Below, piece by piece: positions 24,332 through 34,525 of a DNA stretch of 64,000 nt; positions within the stretch are counted from its first letter, which is position 1, and each line of letters starts with the position of its first letter. The stretch spans positions 32,001 to 96,000 of the forward strand of contig CAVZIW010000001.1 in the NCBI GenBank assembly GCA_963775465.1. Direction: 5' to 3'. The notes under the pieces were generated by a model, which worked only from the letters and a program-made list of their open reading frames with translations, was not told where the DNA came from and ran no database searches. Made by a program: the position numbers and the translations under genes. Source of the stretch: Candidatus Bathyarchaeota archaeon (lineage in GTDB: Archaea; Thermoproteota; Bathyarchaeia; Bathyarchaeales; Bathycorpusculaceae).

Positions 24332-24645
24332 TCAACACCGTTGGGGTAGACCAAACTGGACTACGACCGGTCTGATGTTGTTTTGGGTTCCTAAGCCAAC
24401 ATTTTCGGAATAGCTTTGTTCGTCGGTTTTAGGTCTCTGGTCTAAGACATTCGTCAAATGCATTTTAAGTTTTATAATTTTATAAGTCTTCAGTTTTCGA
24501 TAAAGTGCTACTTTATCTATGTCTTTAATCCATTCAAAGTCGTCTTCTAGCAACTCGAATAGCTTTCCTTAGTTGTTCATGGGGCAGGATAAAGTGTAGT
24601 GAGTTGTGGCAAGCTGGCACATGACGCTTCGAAATCTTTGTCAGC
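24332..24645 (-). pseudogene. Integrase C-terminal remnant
   Basis: Beyond the perfect repeat, diverged DKDFEA...HNSLHFIL..EQLRKA..ELLEDD aligns to HKDFEA...HNSLRYVLLYKQLSKA...ELLEDD of the intact integrase. Confidence 0.7.
24347..24541. repeat. 195-bp direct repeat, copy 2
   Basis: Identical to 1161-1355; includes the tRNA-Gly 5' 24 nt. Confidence 0.95.
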
Positions 24646-24946
24646 AATATTCGAAAACCAAACGATTAATGACACCTTTAAAATTAGGATAAGCTATCCT
24701 GTAAAGTGCGAATTTTACCTTTTGCTGTCAAAGGCGTTTTTTCACAACTAACTCGGTAACAATTAAAAAAACGCGAAATAAGTGTCATCTAGATCTTTCA
24801 AGTTTGGATTTAGGAAACACTCACTTAGGGCGATCATTTGTTTGCGACTTGAAAAAAACATTTTTGTTGGTGTTAAGGTGCTACCACATAGGAATAATAG
24901 GCACTTTTGGAATCTAATTTTTAGAGAATTACTTGTTGGATCGAGG

Positions 24947-25090
24947 TTGAATCTTGTGGTAAACTGCCCTGAATGTTTTGCGGAAGTTTCCGAACGCGAA
25001 AAATCAAATGATAATAGCGGTTTTTATCTTGTAACATATAGTTGCAGGGAATGTGGAGCTAAATTTAAGTTAGAACAATGGGTTAGTTGA
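24947..25090 (+). CDS. Small Zn-ribbon protein (ORF track 24782-25090; probable start 24947 or 24956)
   Basis: CPEC...CREC. Confidence 0.5.
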   Translation: MNLVVNCPECFAEVSEREKSNDNSGFYLVTYSCRECGAKFKLEQWVS

Positions 25091-25408
25091 CCAGTCCCAA
25101 AAGAACATCTCTATACTACATAGCTCTCTAGAATCGTTTTACTATTTTGTTTTTTTGCGTCTAACCCTTAATATAATCAGCCAGAAACAAAATACTATTT
25201 TTATGATCAAAGACGAGTTCTTATCCCCTCGCCAACTATGTTTCTTCAAGAATAGCAGAGTTTAAACGAATTAAATATGATTAAGCCACATTTTGAATCT
25301 CTTCACTTTCAGTTCAGACCCTATTATTCAGCACAGTCGGTTGAGGTTACGGTTTAAAAACGAATCGGTGCTTTTGCTTATTCTTCGAAATAAGGGAGAA
25401 TTGAGAGT

Positions 25409-26131
25409 TTGAGTCAAAACATTATCGTTGAGCCTAAATTATCTCAACAGGTTTTTCCATTGAACCTAAGAAATGTCAACGAAGTTTTTCCAGGATTTGC
25501 ATTTGGCGATTTTGCTGTTCTGCAAGGAGTCTCTGTTTCATCGTTAACCTCGCTATTATGTGTCAAAGCTCAACTTCCAACTCAGCTAGGTGGTCTACAG
25601 AGTAATGTCGTTTTTATCGACGGTGGAAACACATTTAGACTCTACCAGATAGCTCAATTAGCGCAGCTTCATTGGTTAAATCCTCAAACGGTCTTAGACA
25701 ACATCTACATTTCAAGAGCGTTCACAGCCTACCAAGCAGCATCACTAATCAAACAGCACCTAAAACAAACCATCATAAAATACAACGCCAAGCTCGTGAT
25801 AATTTCAGACATTGCTGGATTTTTCTTGGATAAAGACATTCCTGAAGATGAGACTCAAAGAATCTTTGGGCAAGTCATGACTTTTCTTTCAAATTTTGCA
25901 CGCAAAACCCAAACGATCATTATCGCAACCTACCCACAACACGCCAAAAACCCAAGAAACGACTTGCTCCAGACCCAAACAATAAGAAAAGCAAACGTTG
26001 TGCTTTCTCTAAGAAAAACAAGTTACGCTCGACAATTTGTTTTAGAAAAACATCCCAGCCTATCCTTAGGAGTTGCTGAATTACCCCTAGAAGATTTGAC
26101 TTTAGACGATTTTGCGGAGGCAAATGCGTAG
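25409..26131 (+). CDS. Inactivated RadA/Rad51-like protein of the PolB2 operon
   Basis: GGL.SNVVFIDGGNTF, LDNIYISRAFTAYQ, KLVIISD; Walker A degenerate. Confidence 0.82.
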   Translation: MSQNIIVEPKLSQQVFPLNLRNVNEVFPGFAFGDFAVLQGVSVSSLTSLLCVKAQLPTQLGGLQSNVVFIDGGNTFRLYQIAQLAQLHWLNPQTVLDNIYISRAFTAYQAASLIKQHLKQTIIKYNAKLVIISDIAGFFLDKDIPEDETQRIFGQVMTFLSNFARKTQTIIIATYPQHAKNPRNDLLQTQTIRKANVVLSLRKTSYARQFVLEKHPSLSLGVAELPLEDLTLDDFAEANA

Positions 26132-26388
26132 TGGGCAAAACTGTTGAATGCTATCGCATGGCACTGGAAGATGAGATTAACCGGTGGAGCAGCCTTGGAA
26201 AAGCTCTAGGAATCGAGGATAAGCAGGCCTTCGATGCTTTGATGGATGCTTGCCGCACTTATGCATCTGCAGGCAGCAACGCGACCAAACCCATACTCTT
26301 TGAACCGATGCTCATGTCTATGCTGCTTATGCAACAGAAGAAAATTGGTATATTAGAGAAGGCTTTAGATGCAAAGCAGCAGCCTTAA
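26131..26388 (+). CDS. Small PolB2-associated protein (arCOG07300-like)
   Basis: MGKTV..YRMALE.EI.RW....KAL..ED..AFD.LM pattern; overlaps both neighbours. Confidence 0.75.
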   Translation: MGKTVECYRMALEDEINRWSSLGKALGIEDKQAFDALMDACRTYASAGSNATKPILFEPMLMSMLLMQQKKIGILEKALDAKQQP

Positions 26389-28669
26389 GATTCGCGGCTG
26401 GATATTTGATGTCTACCCAACTGAAGTCGGAGAAATGGCAGTTTGGATTATAAGTGAACACGGTGAAAGAATCAGACTGACAGACAAATTCCAACCTAAA
26501 ATCTATGTTTCAGGCCAAAAAGAAGTTGAAAAACTAGTTGGACGCATATATTCAAATCCAGACATTGCCCACTGGGACTTTGTCTACAAGTACGCAAATC
26601 CAACCGATTACGAAAAATCCAGAGTATTGGAAATAACACTCAAAGACTGCAGAAAAATTCCAGCCCTGACAAAACAAATTCTAAGAATAGGCGACTTTTC
26701 ACTCTACGAGGTTCATAACTGCGACTTACATGGAGACAGAAGCTACTTTTTCACACACGACTTATTCCCTCTCGCCTTCCTCGAAGTTGAGGCGCTTAAG
26801 CCAACTTTAAAGTATACTCTGCTGGATTCCGTGGAGAGCATCAACTATTCCATTCCCCCGCTGAGGATAATGCAGCTCAAAGTGGAAATCGCAAAGCAAA
26901 CCAAGATAGCAAACCTCCAAGACCCAATAGCAAACATAACCTTAGACCAAGAGGACAAACACATCACAATTAACGCCGGAGAGGAATCCGAAAAACTCCT
27001 GCAACTTGGCAAAACGGTAAAACTGCTTGACCCAGACATAGTTGTTACAAACGGCGGGGACTCTTATCTCTTCTCATACCTGCTCCAGCGAGCAACCGAA
27101 AACAAAGTGCAAGACAAGTTTATTTTAAGCAGAGACGACGTGCCTCTCGCTCTAAAATCACAGCGTGGCAAAACATTCTTTTCGTATGGGCGTACATTCT
27201 ACAAAGCACCCACTACCCGTCTTTATGGAAGAATCCATGTAGACGCAGGAAATACATTCATCCTAAACGAAAGCAGCTTCCAAGGACTCTTTGAAATAGC
27301 AAGAACCTGCAGAACACCCTTGCATACCTCCTCGCGCTCTTCAATCGGGTCAAGCATGTCTTCTTTGCAGTTCTACCAAGCGTTTAGACAGGATATTTTA
27401 ATCCCCAGAAACAAAAGCATCCCTGAAGCCTTCAAATCAGCCTACGAACTGCTTGTCGCTGACAGAGGCGGCTTTGTATACGAACCCAAAGTAGGCATAC
27501 ACGACAACACAGGCGAAGTTGATTTTTCATCAATGTACCCAAGCCTAATGATCAACAACAATATTTCAGCTGAAACAGTGCTCTGTAAATGCTGCCCAGA
27601 CTCGCACCTACGTATTCCAGAGCTAAACTATAACATATGCGAAAAACGCGAGGGCGTTGTTCCCAAGGCCCTAAAACTGGTCGTTACTAAACGATTACAG
27701 TACAGGCGACAAAAAGAAAAAGTCACAGATCCAAAACTCAAAGAAATTTACGACAAGCGGCAGACTGCATTAAAGTGGATTTTAGTTACATGCTTTGGAT
27801 ATTTAGGATATAGAAACGCGAAGTTTGGAACGGTGGATGGACATATCGGCGTCTGCGCATTTGGCAGAGACGCGTTTCTTAAGGCAGCTCGAACAGCTGA
27901 ACGCCACGGGTTTGAGGTGCTCCACGGAATAGTGGATTCACTGTGGCTACAGAAAGCAAACGCCACCATAGAAGATTATAGCACTCTGTGCAAACAAGTA
28001 AGCAAAGAAATTGGGGTTCCGCTAAATTTTGAAGGACGATACAAATGGATTGTTTTTCTACCCTCAAAGATGCATCCAAACATCGGAGTCCTAAATCGGT
28101 ACTATGGAGTTATGGAAAATGGAAAACTAAAAGCCAGGGGCATCGAAGTACGCAAACATGACACGCCACGATTTGTTTACAATGCACAAATGGAAATGAT
28201 TAACGTTTTCGCTAAAGCTGCAAACTCAAAAGAGTTCATGAAAATGATTCCGCAAGCGCTTGAAGTAGTGAAGGCTTATCGGCAAAAACTCATCAACGGT
28301 GAAATTCCTATTGAAGATTTGATCATCTCTAAGCATTTATCAAAGAATCCCAAACACTACAAGCAACATGTAAGCCAAGTTATAGCGGCAGAGCAATTAA
28401 TCAAAGAAGGAGGCGAAGTCAATGCGGGCAAGAACGTGCATTTCGTCTTTACCGATTCAAAAAACAAACGGTTTGAGAGAAGAGTCAGAGCTAAACAACT
28501 AATAGACAAGGGAGTTAACCCTGATACAAAGAAATATCTGCAGCTATTGTATGGCTCTGCAGCAAATTTGCTTAGCTTCTCTAAATACACAGAAGAAACG
28601 GTTTACGATTCAATAAGAGGCTACGGGAAAAAAAATCTCTCCAACTATCTTAAAAATGAATTATATTGA
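26369..28669 (+). CDS. polB2: Archaeal family B DNA polymerase, PolB2 group
   Basis: DFSSMYPS, RQ.ALKWILVTCFGYLGY, HGIVDSLW in place of YGDTDS; eroded exonuclease motifs. Confidence 0.9.
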   Translation: MQSSSLKIRGWIFDVYPTEVGEMAVWIISEHGERIRLTDKFQPKIYVSGQKEVEKLVGRIYSNPDIAHWDFVYKYANPTDYEKSRVLEITLKDCRKIPALTKQILRIGDFSLYEVHNCDLHGDRSYFFTHDLFPLAFLEVEALKPTLKYTLLDSVESINYSIPPLRIMQLKVEIAKQTKIANLQDPIANITLDQEDKHITINAGEESEKLLQLGKTVKLLDPDIVVTNGGDSYLFSYLLQRATENKVQDKFILSRDDVPLALKSQRGKTFFSYGRTFYKAPTTRLYGRIHVDAGNTFILNESSFQGLFEIARTCRTPLHTSSRSSIGSSMSSLQFYQAFRQDILIPRNKSIPEAFKSAYELLVADRGGFVYEPKVGIHDNTGEVDFSSMYPSLMINNNISAETVLCKCCPDSHLRIPELNYNICEKREGVVPKALKLVVTKRLQYRRQKEKVTDPKLKEIYDKRQTALKWILVTCFGYLGYRNAKFGTVDGHIGVCAFGRDAFLKAARTAERHGFEVLHGIVDSLWLQKANATIEDYSTLCKQVSKEIGVPLNFEGRYKWIVFLPSKMHPNIGVLNRYYGVMENGKLKARGIEVRKHDTPRFVYNAQMEMINVFAKAANSKEFMKMIPQALEVVKAYRQKLINGEIPIEDLIISKHLSKNPKHYKQHVSQVIAAEQLIKEGGEVNAGKNVHFVFTDSKNKRFERRVRAKQLIDKGVNPDTKKYLQLLYGSAANLLSFSKYTEETVYDSIRGYGKKNLSNYLKNELY

Positions 28670-28750
28670 CCCAAATTCAACTGTAAATAGACATAGCTAT
28701 CTTTAAACAAATCTTGAAAAAACCTATTTAATAGAAAAAAGAGCTGGGTT

Positions 28751-29068
28751 TTATCTTGCCCAGCAGGGTCCGTAGCCATAACCGTTGCTGTATCCGTAGT
28801 TATAGCCGCCTTGATAGGGCGCAGGTACGGAAGTTGAGCCGTCTATTGGCGCTTGAGGCACAACATTCTGGCCATTGTAAGGCTGGTTGTATCCGTAGCC
28901 AAAGCAGTTTCCGATCCAACCCAAAAACCCGTTATCAGGAGCTTGTGGATTTGAGCTTGCGCCTGCGTATGTTTGATTTGTTGCTATTTGGGCTGAAGCC
29001 AACCCGACTGCGACCAGGGTTAATGCCGCGACTGCGACCAGGGCAATTGCGATTTTAGTTTTTTGCAT
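28751..29068 (-). CDS. Small secreted Gly/Tyr-rich protein ending in GYGYGPCWAR
   Basis: Signal peptide; paralog at 11949-12268 with conserved upstream region. Confidence 0.75.
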   Translation of the reverse strand: MQKTKIAIALVAVAALTLVAVGLASAQIATNQTYAGASSNPQAPDNGFLGWIGNCFGYGYNQPYNGQNVVPQAPIDGSTSVPAPYQGGYNYGYSNGYGYGPCWAR

Positions 29069-29389
29069 TTTGTTTTATCACCATATAATGATATGTGCAT
29101 GGATGCTTATGGTAGTTGCCTGAAACAAAACTGAAACAGACCCTGAAACGGTTTTCTAAATCAAAAATCATAGACAATTAGGGTCTTTTCATGTTTTCAG
29201 ATACATAGTTAAATTGTTAAATCCGGCTTCGTCGTCTTTATCTGTTCTGACGTAGTCGAATCCGTCCTCTACAACTTTTGACTCTTCTTTATGGTCAGTA
29301 ACCTATTGGCTGCTGTATTTCTTTGGTGATTTACAAAAGAGATAAATGGGATTAGACTGAGAGTACGTTGAAACAGGGGGGAGAGGGGT

Positions 29390-30904
29390 ATGAAAAAATA
29401 TGGTTCGAGGAAATGGTTAGGCGCCAAAATCAAGAAATACTTTGCATTCGAAAAACTATACAAAAGTTGTCTCAAAAAAGCTTCAATCTGGTCTTTGTTC
29501 AAAGGCAAGAATTTAGTTAATGCGTTAATAGTTTTCTTAATCTCGGTTATCCTGCTATCGTCATTTTTCCTATGCTTTACGGTTCAGGCCCGAATTTATC
29601 AACCCATAAGTTCTCATATTGTTACTCCTTTGTCTACTCCGATGCCTACACCTACTTTGGCACCTGTTACTCCTTTGCCTACTTCTGTTTCTACTTTCGA
29701 ACCAGCAACTCATATGCCTACACCTACTTTGGCACTTGTTACTCCTTCTTCTGCTCAAAGTCCTTCTGTTACTCCTTCTCCCTCGCCCAGTCCTACTTTG
29801 GCACCTGTTACTCCTTTGCCTACTCCCAATGCTACTTTGGAACCAGCAACTCCTACACTCTCACCTACTTTGGTACCGGTTACTCCTTCTCCTGCTCCAA
29901 CTCCTTCTCCAACTCCTACTCCTTTGCCTACTCCTATTGCTACTTTGGAACCAGTTGCACCACTGCCTACTCCTAATGCAACTTTGGAAACTACACAATC
30001 TGCAGAAAACTTAATTCCTGAATCTTTTACCGGCTTCGGCGGCGACTACGCCCTTACGCATAATGGCAGTGATGGTTCCATTTGGGATGAATCTGGTTAT
30101 ACTTATAACGGAACTTACCATTCCTGGGTTCAATGGGCTTCTACTTTTGAAGGATATACAACTACAAGGTTAGGTTTCAAGTTTAGTTCCACATCTAATG
30201 CTCATAGTCTAATGGATTACAAAACACTAGATGCTACTTTAGATTCATTCAACACTGCTGGAAGTAAAATAATTTTAGCGAATTTTGACTATACGAATAC
30301 CTATTGGGATTCAGCAGAATTTAGAAATAATTGGCTAGACATGACAACTCATTACAAAGGTGATAATAGGTTTGCTGCTTTTGAACTATTTAACGAAATG
30401 CATGATGGCATTCTGAATGGTCATTCAAATGCTTGGATTGTTAACTATTTTGCCGACTTAACAAAAGCCATACATGAAATTGACCCTGACAGAGTTGTAA
30501 TGTTTCCTACAGGACAATTATTCTATGATTCTGCAAGTCAATGGTTACGTGATTTGGCAGCCACTGGAATCCAAGACGAGCCAAATGTTGCTTTTGACAT
30601 TATGCATCCTTACTATTTTGAGAACTCCTATGATATGGGATTAACTCCTGAAGGGAAGGCTCAATGGTACACAGATAATTGGATTTTGCCTTGCGTTGCA
30701 ACATTAGGTGCAAGCAGGTTGTATGTAGGTGAGACTTTCGCTTGGATAGAAGAAGGCTATCACTCAGATTTGCAGGGGCGTTGGCTACGAGCAATAATAA
30801 GTGAGTGCGCACAGAATGGTGTAAGCTTTAATCTATGGTGTGGTCTTGGCGTTCCAGGCGAAATGGCTGTACAGATTTCAGCGATTCAAGCACTAAATAA
30901 CTGA
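29390..30904 (+). CDS. Glycoside hydrolase family 5-like enzyme with TM segment and Pro/Thr-rich linker
   Basis: AAFELFNE (acid/base), DIMHPYY, LYVGET (nucleophile); I.EIDPDRVV. Confidence 0.78.
   Translation: MKKYGSRKWLGAKIKKYFAFEKLYKSCLKKASIWSLFKGKNLVNALIVFLISVILLSSFFLCFTVQARIYQPISSHIVTPLSTPMPTPTLAPVTPLPTSVSTFEPATHMPTPTLALVTPSSAQSPSVTPSPSPSPTLAPVTPLPTPNATLEPATPTLSPTLVPVTPSPAPTPSPTPTPLPTPIATLEPVAPLPTPNATLETTQSAENLIPESFTGFGGDYALTHNGSDGSIWDESGYTYNGTYHSWVQWASTFEGYTTTRLGFKFSSTSNAHSLMDYKTLDATLDSFNTAGSKIILANFDYTNTYWDSAEFRNNWLDMTTHYKGDNRFAAFELFNEMHDGILNGHSNAWIVNYFADLTKAIHEIDPDRVVMFPTGQLFYDSASQWLRDLAATGIQDEPNVAFDIMHPYYFENSYDMGLTPEGKAQWYTDNWILPCVATLGASRLYVGETFAWIEEGYHSDLQGRWLRAIISECAQNGVSFNLWCGLGVPGEMAVQISAIQALNN
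29620..29990 (+). repeat. Imperfect coding tandem repeats (PTPTLAPVTPLPT units)
   Basis: Recurrent CTACTTTGG(C/A)ACC...TACTCCTTTGCCTACT. Confidence 0.85.
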
Positions 30905-31092
30905 AATAGACAAAAATGTTAAGTGAATAAAATTTACTTATCGGAGATGTTTAGATACTGCGGCGCTTAGCAAGGACTCATATCTGCAACATACACAATT
31001 GTGCTAAATAGAACATATATAGCATTATTTGTTACACAAAAGTCACAATATTTAATAGTTGTCCGCACTTATTGAAAAAGTAATTCCAGAAA

Positions 31093-31323
31093 GTGAACAA
31101 TACAATGATAAATCCTCAAAATTTAAAGCTTCAAGACGTGGATAACAAAACCAGCTGTCCGGACTGTGATTATGAATTAACTATTCCTTGTGATGTAGAA
31201 AAAGGAGAAATAATTACTTGCCCAGGATGTGGGCTTGAACTCGAAGTGAAAAAAACAAATATTGGAGGTGGATGTGTAGATCTTCAAGAGTTAACTATTG
31301 AAGGCGAAGATTGGGGCGAATGA
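31093..31323 (+). CDS. lysW: LysW/ArgW-type amino-group carrier protein
   Basis: CPDC...CPGCGLELEV Zn ribbon and C-terminal EDWGE signature. Confidence 0.85.
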   Translation: MNNTMINPQNLKLQDVDNKTSCPDCDYELTIPCDVEKGEIITCPGCGLELEVKKTNIGGGCVDLQELTIEGEDWGE

Positions 31324-31903
31324 GGGCATAGTCGAAGATTCAATTGTTTTTCAAACACTTCTCTTTTTTTAAATTTAATTTAGGTTAGACGCGTGCGCCG
31401 TTTCTATTTTTCTGCAATGATCATTTGGCTATCGGCGCAAGTCCAACTAAGGGAAGCCAATCCATCTGTCTTAACATCGATTTTCTTTGAAATAGGCTTC
31501 TCAGGTTTCCTTTTTCTTACCTGAGAAAGCTCCAAAAAATCCGACTTCGTCATACTATGCAAGTTACACATAATTGCCATTTGGAGAAGTGTTCTATTAT
31601 ATTTTATGAATTACTACTTCACTAGTAATGTGTTGGGATAACTCGTAGGCTCACTCGCTAATACTTGGCTCATATTTTCAAATATGCAACAGCCAAAAAC
31701 ATTGGTTTTGTTCACGATTTCTATTCTTGAAGTCTTCTAATATACTTGGTCACGATTTATTCAGTTCTTCACCAACCTGGAGGAGAAGCAGCGAAGCTGT
31801 TTAGCTCTTAAACCAACGCAAAACAAGACAACTATTAGCATACAATAATAAAGTAAATAGAATTTTTGTCATTGAAACTAAAAAAAGAAAAAAGGAAGTT
31901 TGT

Positions 31904-34525
31904 TTATGGTTTTTTCTTTAGCAGCAGTACGATCATTACTATTGCGACGACGATAATAAGCACGAACAGTCCTGCAATTGCTGGAATGAAGTAGAGATCC
32001 GCCATTGATTCTTGAGCAACTGGAACTTGTGTTGGTGTTGGGGCTGCTGGATCAACTGCAAAAGCTGTTATGGCGTGTGATGGCCAATAAGATTCTGAGC
32101 CTGCGAATGATGCGTAGACGGTATATTGTCCTTCGATGTCGGGTTTCCAGTTTAGGCTGAAGAATCCATCTTCGCTGATTGCAGTGCCGATCTCTCTGTA
32201 GTTTCCGTTTGAATCAACAACGCTAATTACAATTGGTACGCCAACAGTGTCTGTGGGGCGGGGTTTTTGCATGTAGACGTATTCCATCCATCCAGTTTGG
32301 CTTGCATCTGAAACTGCTGGTACACCGTTGGGGAATCGGGCTGCTTGCTCTTTTTGTGTTGTGCCTGCCGCTATATCGGTGATTGTGCCTTTTATCATGA
32401 CGCTGCTTCCGCTTGGAATTACATCGTTGGTGACTGAAACAGTCATTTGGCTTGGGCCTTTGCCGACAGTGTATACTTGCATGTCGTATGTGTTGAGGAA
32501 AACGAAGAATCCGTCTGCGACACGGTCGTAGGTTGCGTCCATGCCTGTGCCCCAGCCCATTAAAGTCCATATTTCTGTTCCGTCAGTAGCGTTTATGACT
32601 CTGTATCGCACATCTTTGTAGAATGGTGAGTTGGGTGAGTGTTCTGTGGATCCTAAGAATAGTTTTCCGTCAGCAATAACGTCAAGATCGTATGGGTAGG
32701 TTCCGTAGGATGTTTCAAGACCAGCATAGGTGCTGTTTCCGGGACCACCGTTTCCGTAGGTCCATAATAGGTCTCCATTGGTTATGTCATATGCATAGAG
32801 TATTCCGCCATAGCCGGTTACGTATATTTTGCCGTAAGCTACCGCTGGATAGTTTCTGAAGTAGGTGTAGTCGTTCATCGGTTCAACTGGTCCCCATATT
32901 TTTTCACCGTTGGCTAAGCTGTAACCAGACATTGTTCTAGGTTCTTTGTCGTATAGTATGAAGACGCCTAATTGTGGATCCCAGTTTGCTAAGCCTCGTG
33001 TGGCGTTGCCTTCTGCGGGGTCAAAGTGTTTTGTCCATAGTACGTGTCCTCTTGAGTTTGGGTTTAGACTTATGGCTGTTACGTTTGCTCCATCCAAAGA
33101 TGTTGTTGCGAAGGGCGCGGTTGGGTGTCCTCCGAAACTGCCTTGAACCAGAAGCATAATGTTATCCAGACTAGCTCTATCTACGCGCCATGTACCAGAG
33201 TTTGGTAATGTTATTGATATATTGTAGTCAAAGTTGTTTGGTGTGCTTGCGTCTATTGTTCCTGAGTACCATCCGCCTGCTCCAGTTCCTGCTGCTGTGC
33301 CGATTGATTTAGACGAATTCCATTGAAGAAGGCGCCAGTCAGGATTAGCGGTTGTGCCTTTGTTGACAACAGAGAATCGTATTACTTCGCCGTTTGGACC
33401 TGGGACAGCTGCGAGGTTAGTGTTGGTTGAAGGAACGCCCGTCACGGTCATACTGGTGGGCAGTCCTGTAGTTGGATCGTATGAGTTTGCAAAATTGTTT
33501 GTGAATAGAAGTCCGTTTGGCAAGATGCCGTGTTGGTTAGGGGTGTCAAGAGAGGGTAGCAGTCCAAAGCTTGGGTCAGACAAGCCAGATCCGGATCTTC
33601 CTATGTCTGGGTTGTACCATATTTCTTCGCCCGTTTGCAGATCCACGCAGATCCAGCCGCCTCCACCGCCTGAATTACCATACGGTAGCTCGTAGTAGAG
33701 TCTTCCATACATGATTATGGCGTTGGCAAATCGAGTTTGGTATGAGCCGCCTGAGTAGTACATTTCACCTGGGATGGCTGTGTTGTTTCCGCCTACTACT
33801 CCTCCATCTTGGAGTGGTCTGCTCCACATTATATGTGCACTGTTTGGTGCGATGCCATCAGGTTGTACTCTTGCTATGTAGAGACCAGAGGTTCCTCCCC
33901 CAATCGAGGCACCTGACAGGATGAATGGTTCTCCAAGCCAGTTTGATGAAATCGCATACCAGTCTGTGTTTTGTCCTTCTATTGGGCGTGTCCAATATTC
34001 AGTTGGCAGCGGATAGCTTTCTTTGGGTGCCGGAATTGGTTCTTGCTGAACTGTTAACTCAAAAGTTGCGTTTGCCGCTGTAAAGACGTCGTTGTTCCAT
34101 GTTCTCTCTGTTGATGAGCTGTTCCAAGTGTACGTTTGTCCGGGATAGTTGAATTCGAGGGTATATGTGCCGACTTGGTTTGGTGTGTAGCTGATGAATT
34201 GAACGCTAGTTGAGTCTGAGATTATTGGCCAGTTGAATGATTGTTCTGTTCCGTCAGGCGCTGTCACGGTTAGCGTATAGTCATGGCGTCGAATGTCGTT
34301 GGTTACGGTTGCACCGGGTAGAGGGCCGTCAACCCACATGATTACAAGTACGGGTTGACCAACACCAACAGGGTTTGGTCCAGCCTGCAGATAAGCATAG
34401 GAGTCAATCGTCCATATCGGTGTATGAGCGCTTGTCGTTGGTACAAAGAATGTCGATGTAGCCATTAGAACTGCGAGAAAAATCGCAATCAAAACAGCAG
34501 TATTTTTATTATTCAGATTTTTCAT
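31904..34525 (-). CDS. PQQ-like beta-propeller surface protein
   Basis: Third paralog: LPTEYWTRPIEGQN, ARFPNGVPAVSD, TM helix and KKKP tail. Confidence 0.88.
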   Translation of the reverse strand: MKNLNNKNTAVLIAIFLAVLMATSTFFVPTTSAHTPIWTIDSYAYLQAGPNPVGVGQPVLVIMWVDGPLPGATVTNDIRRHDYTLTVTAPDGTEQSFNWPIISDSTSVQFISYTPNQVGTYTLEFNYPGQTYTWNSSSTERTWNNDVFTAANATFELTVQQEPIPAPKESYPLPTEYWTRPIEGQNTDWYAISSNWLGEPFILSGASIGGGTSGLYIARVQPDGIAPNSAHIMWSRPLQDGGVVGGNNTAIPGEMYYSGGSYQTRFANAIIMYGRLYYELPYGNSGGGGGWICVDLQTGEEIWYNPDIGRSGSGLSDPSFGLLPSLDTPNQHGILPNGLLFTNNFANSYDPTTGLPTSMTVTGVPSTNTNLAAVPGPNGEVIRFSVVNKGTTANPDWRLLQWNSSKSIGTAAGTGAGGWYSGTIDASTPNNFDYNISITLPNSGTWRVDRASLDNIMLLVQGSFGGHPTAPFATTSLDGANVTAISLNPNSRGHVLWTKHFDPAEGNATRGLANWDPQLGVFILYDKEPRTMSGYSLANGEKIWGPVEPMNDYTYFRNYPAVAYGKIYVTGYGGILYAYDITNGDLLWTYGNGGPGNSTYAGLETSYGTYPYDLDVIADGKLFLGSTEHSPNSPFYKDVRYRVINATDGTEIWTLMGWGTGMDATYDRVADGFFVFLNTYDMQVYTVGKGPSQMTVSVTNDVIPSGSSVMIKGTITDIAAGTTQKEQAARFPNGVPAVSDASQTGWMEYVYMQKPRPTDTVGVPIVISVVDSNGNYREIGTAISEDGFFSLNWKPDIEGQYTVYASFAGSESYWPSHAITAFAVDPAAPTPTQVPVAQESMADLYFIPAIAGLFVLIIVVAIVMIVLLLKKKP

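Noticed and set aside
29572-30014. Leu-rich and Tyr/Ser/Cys-rich alternative ORFs; possible CRISPR-like array
   Set aside because: Shadow frames of the Pro/Thr linker repeat; no constant repeat with unique spacers and no cas genes
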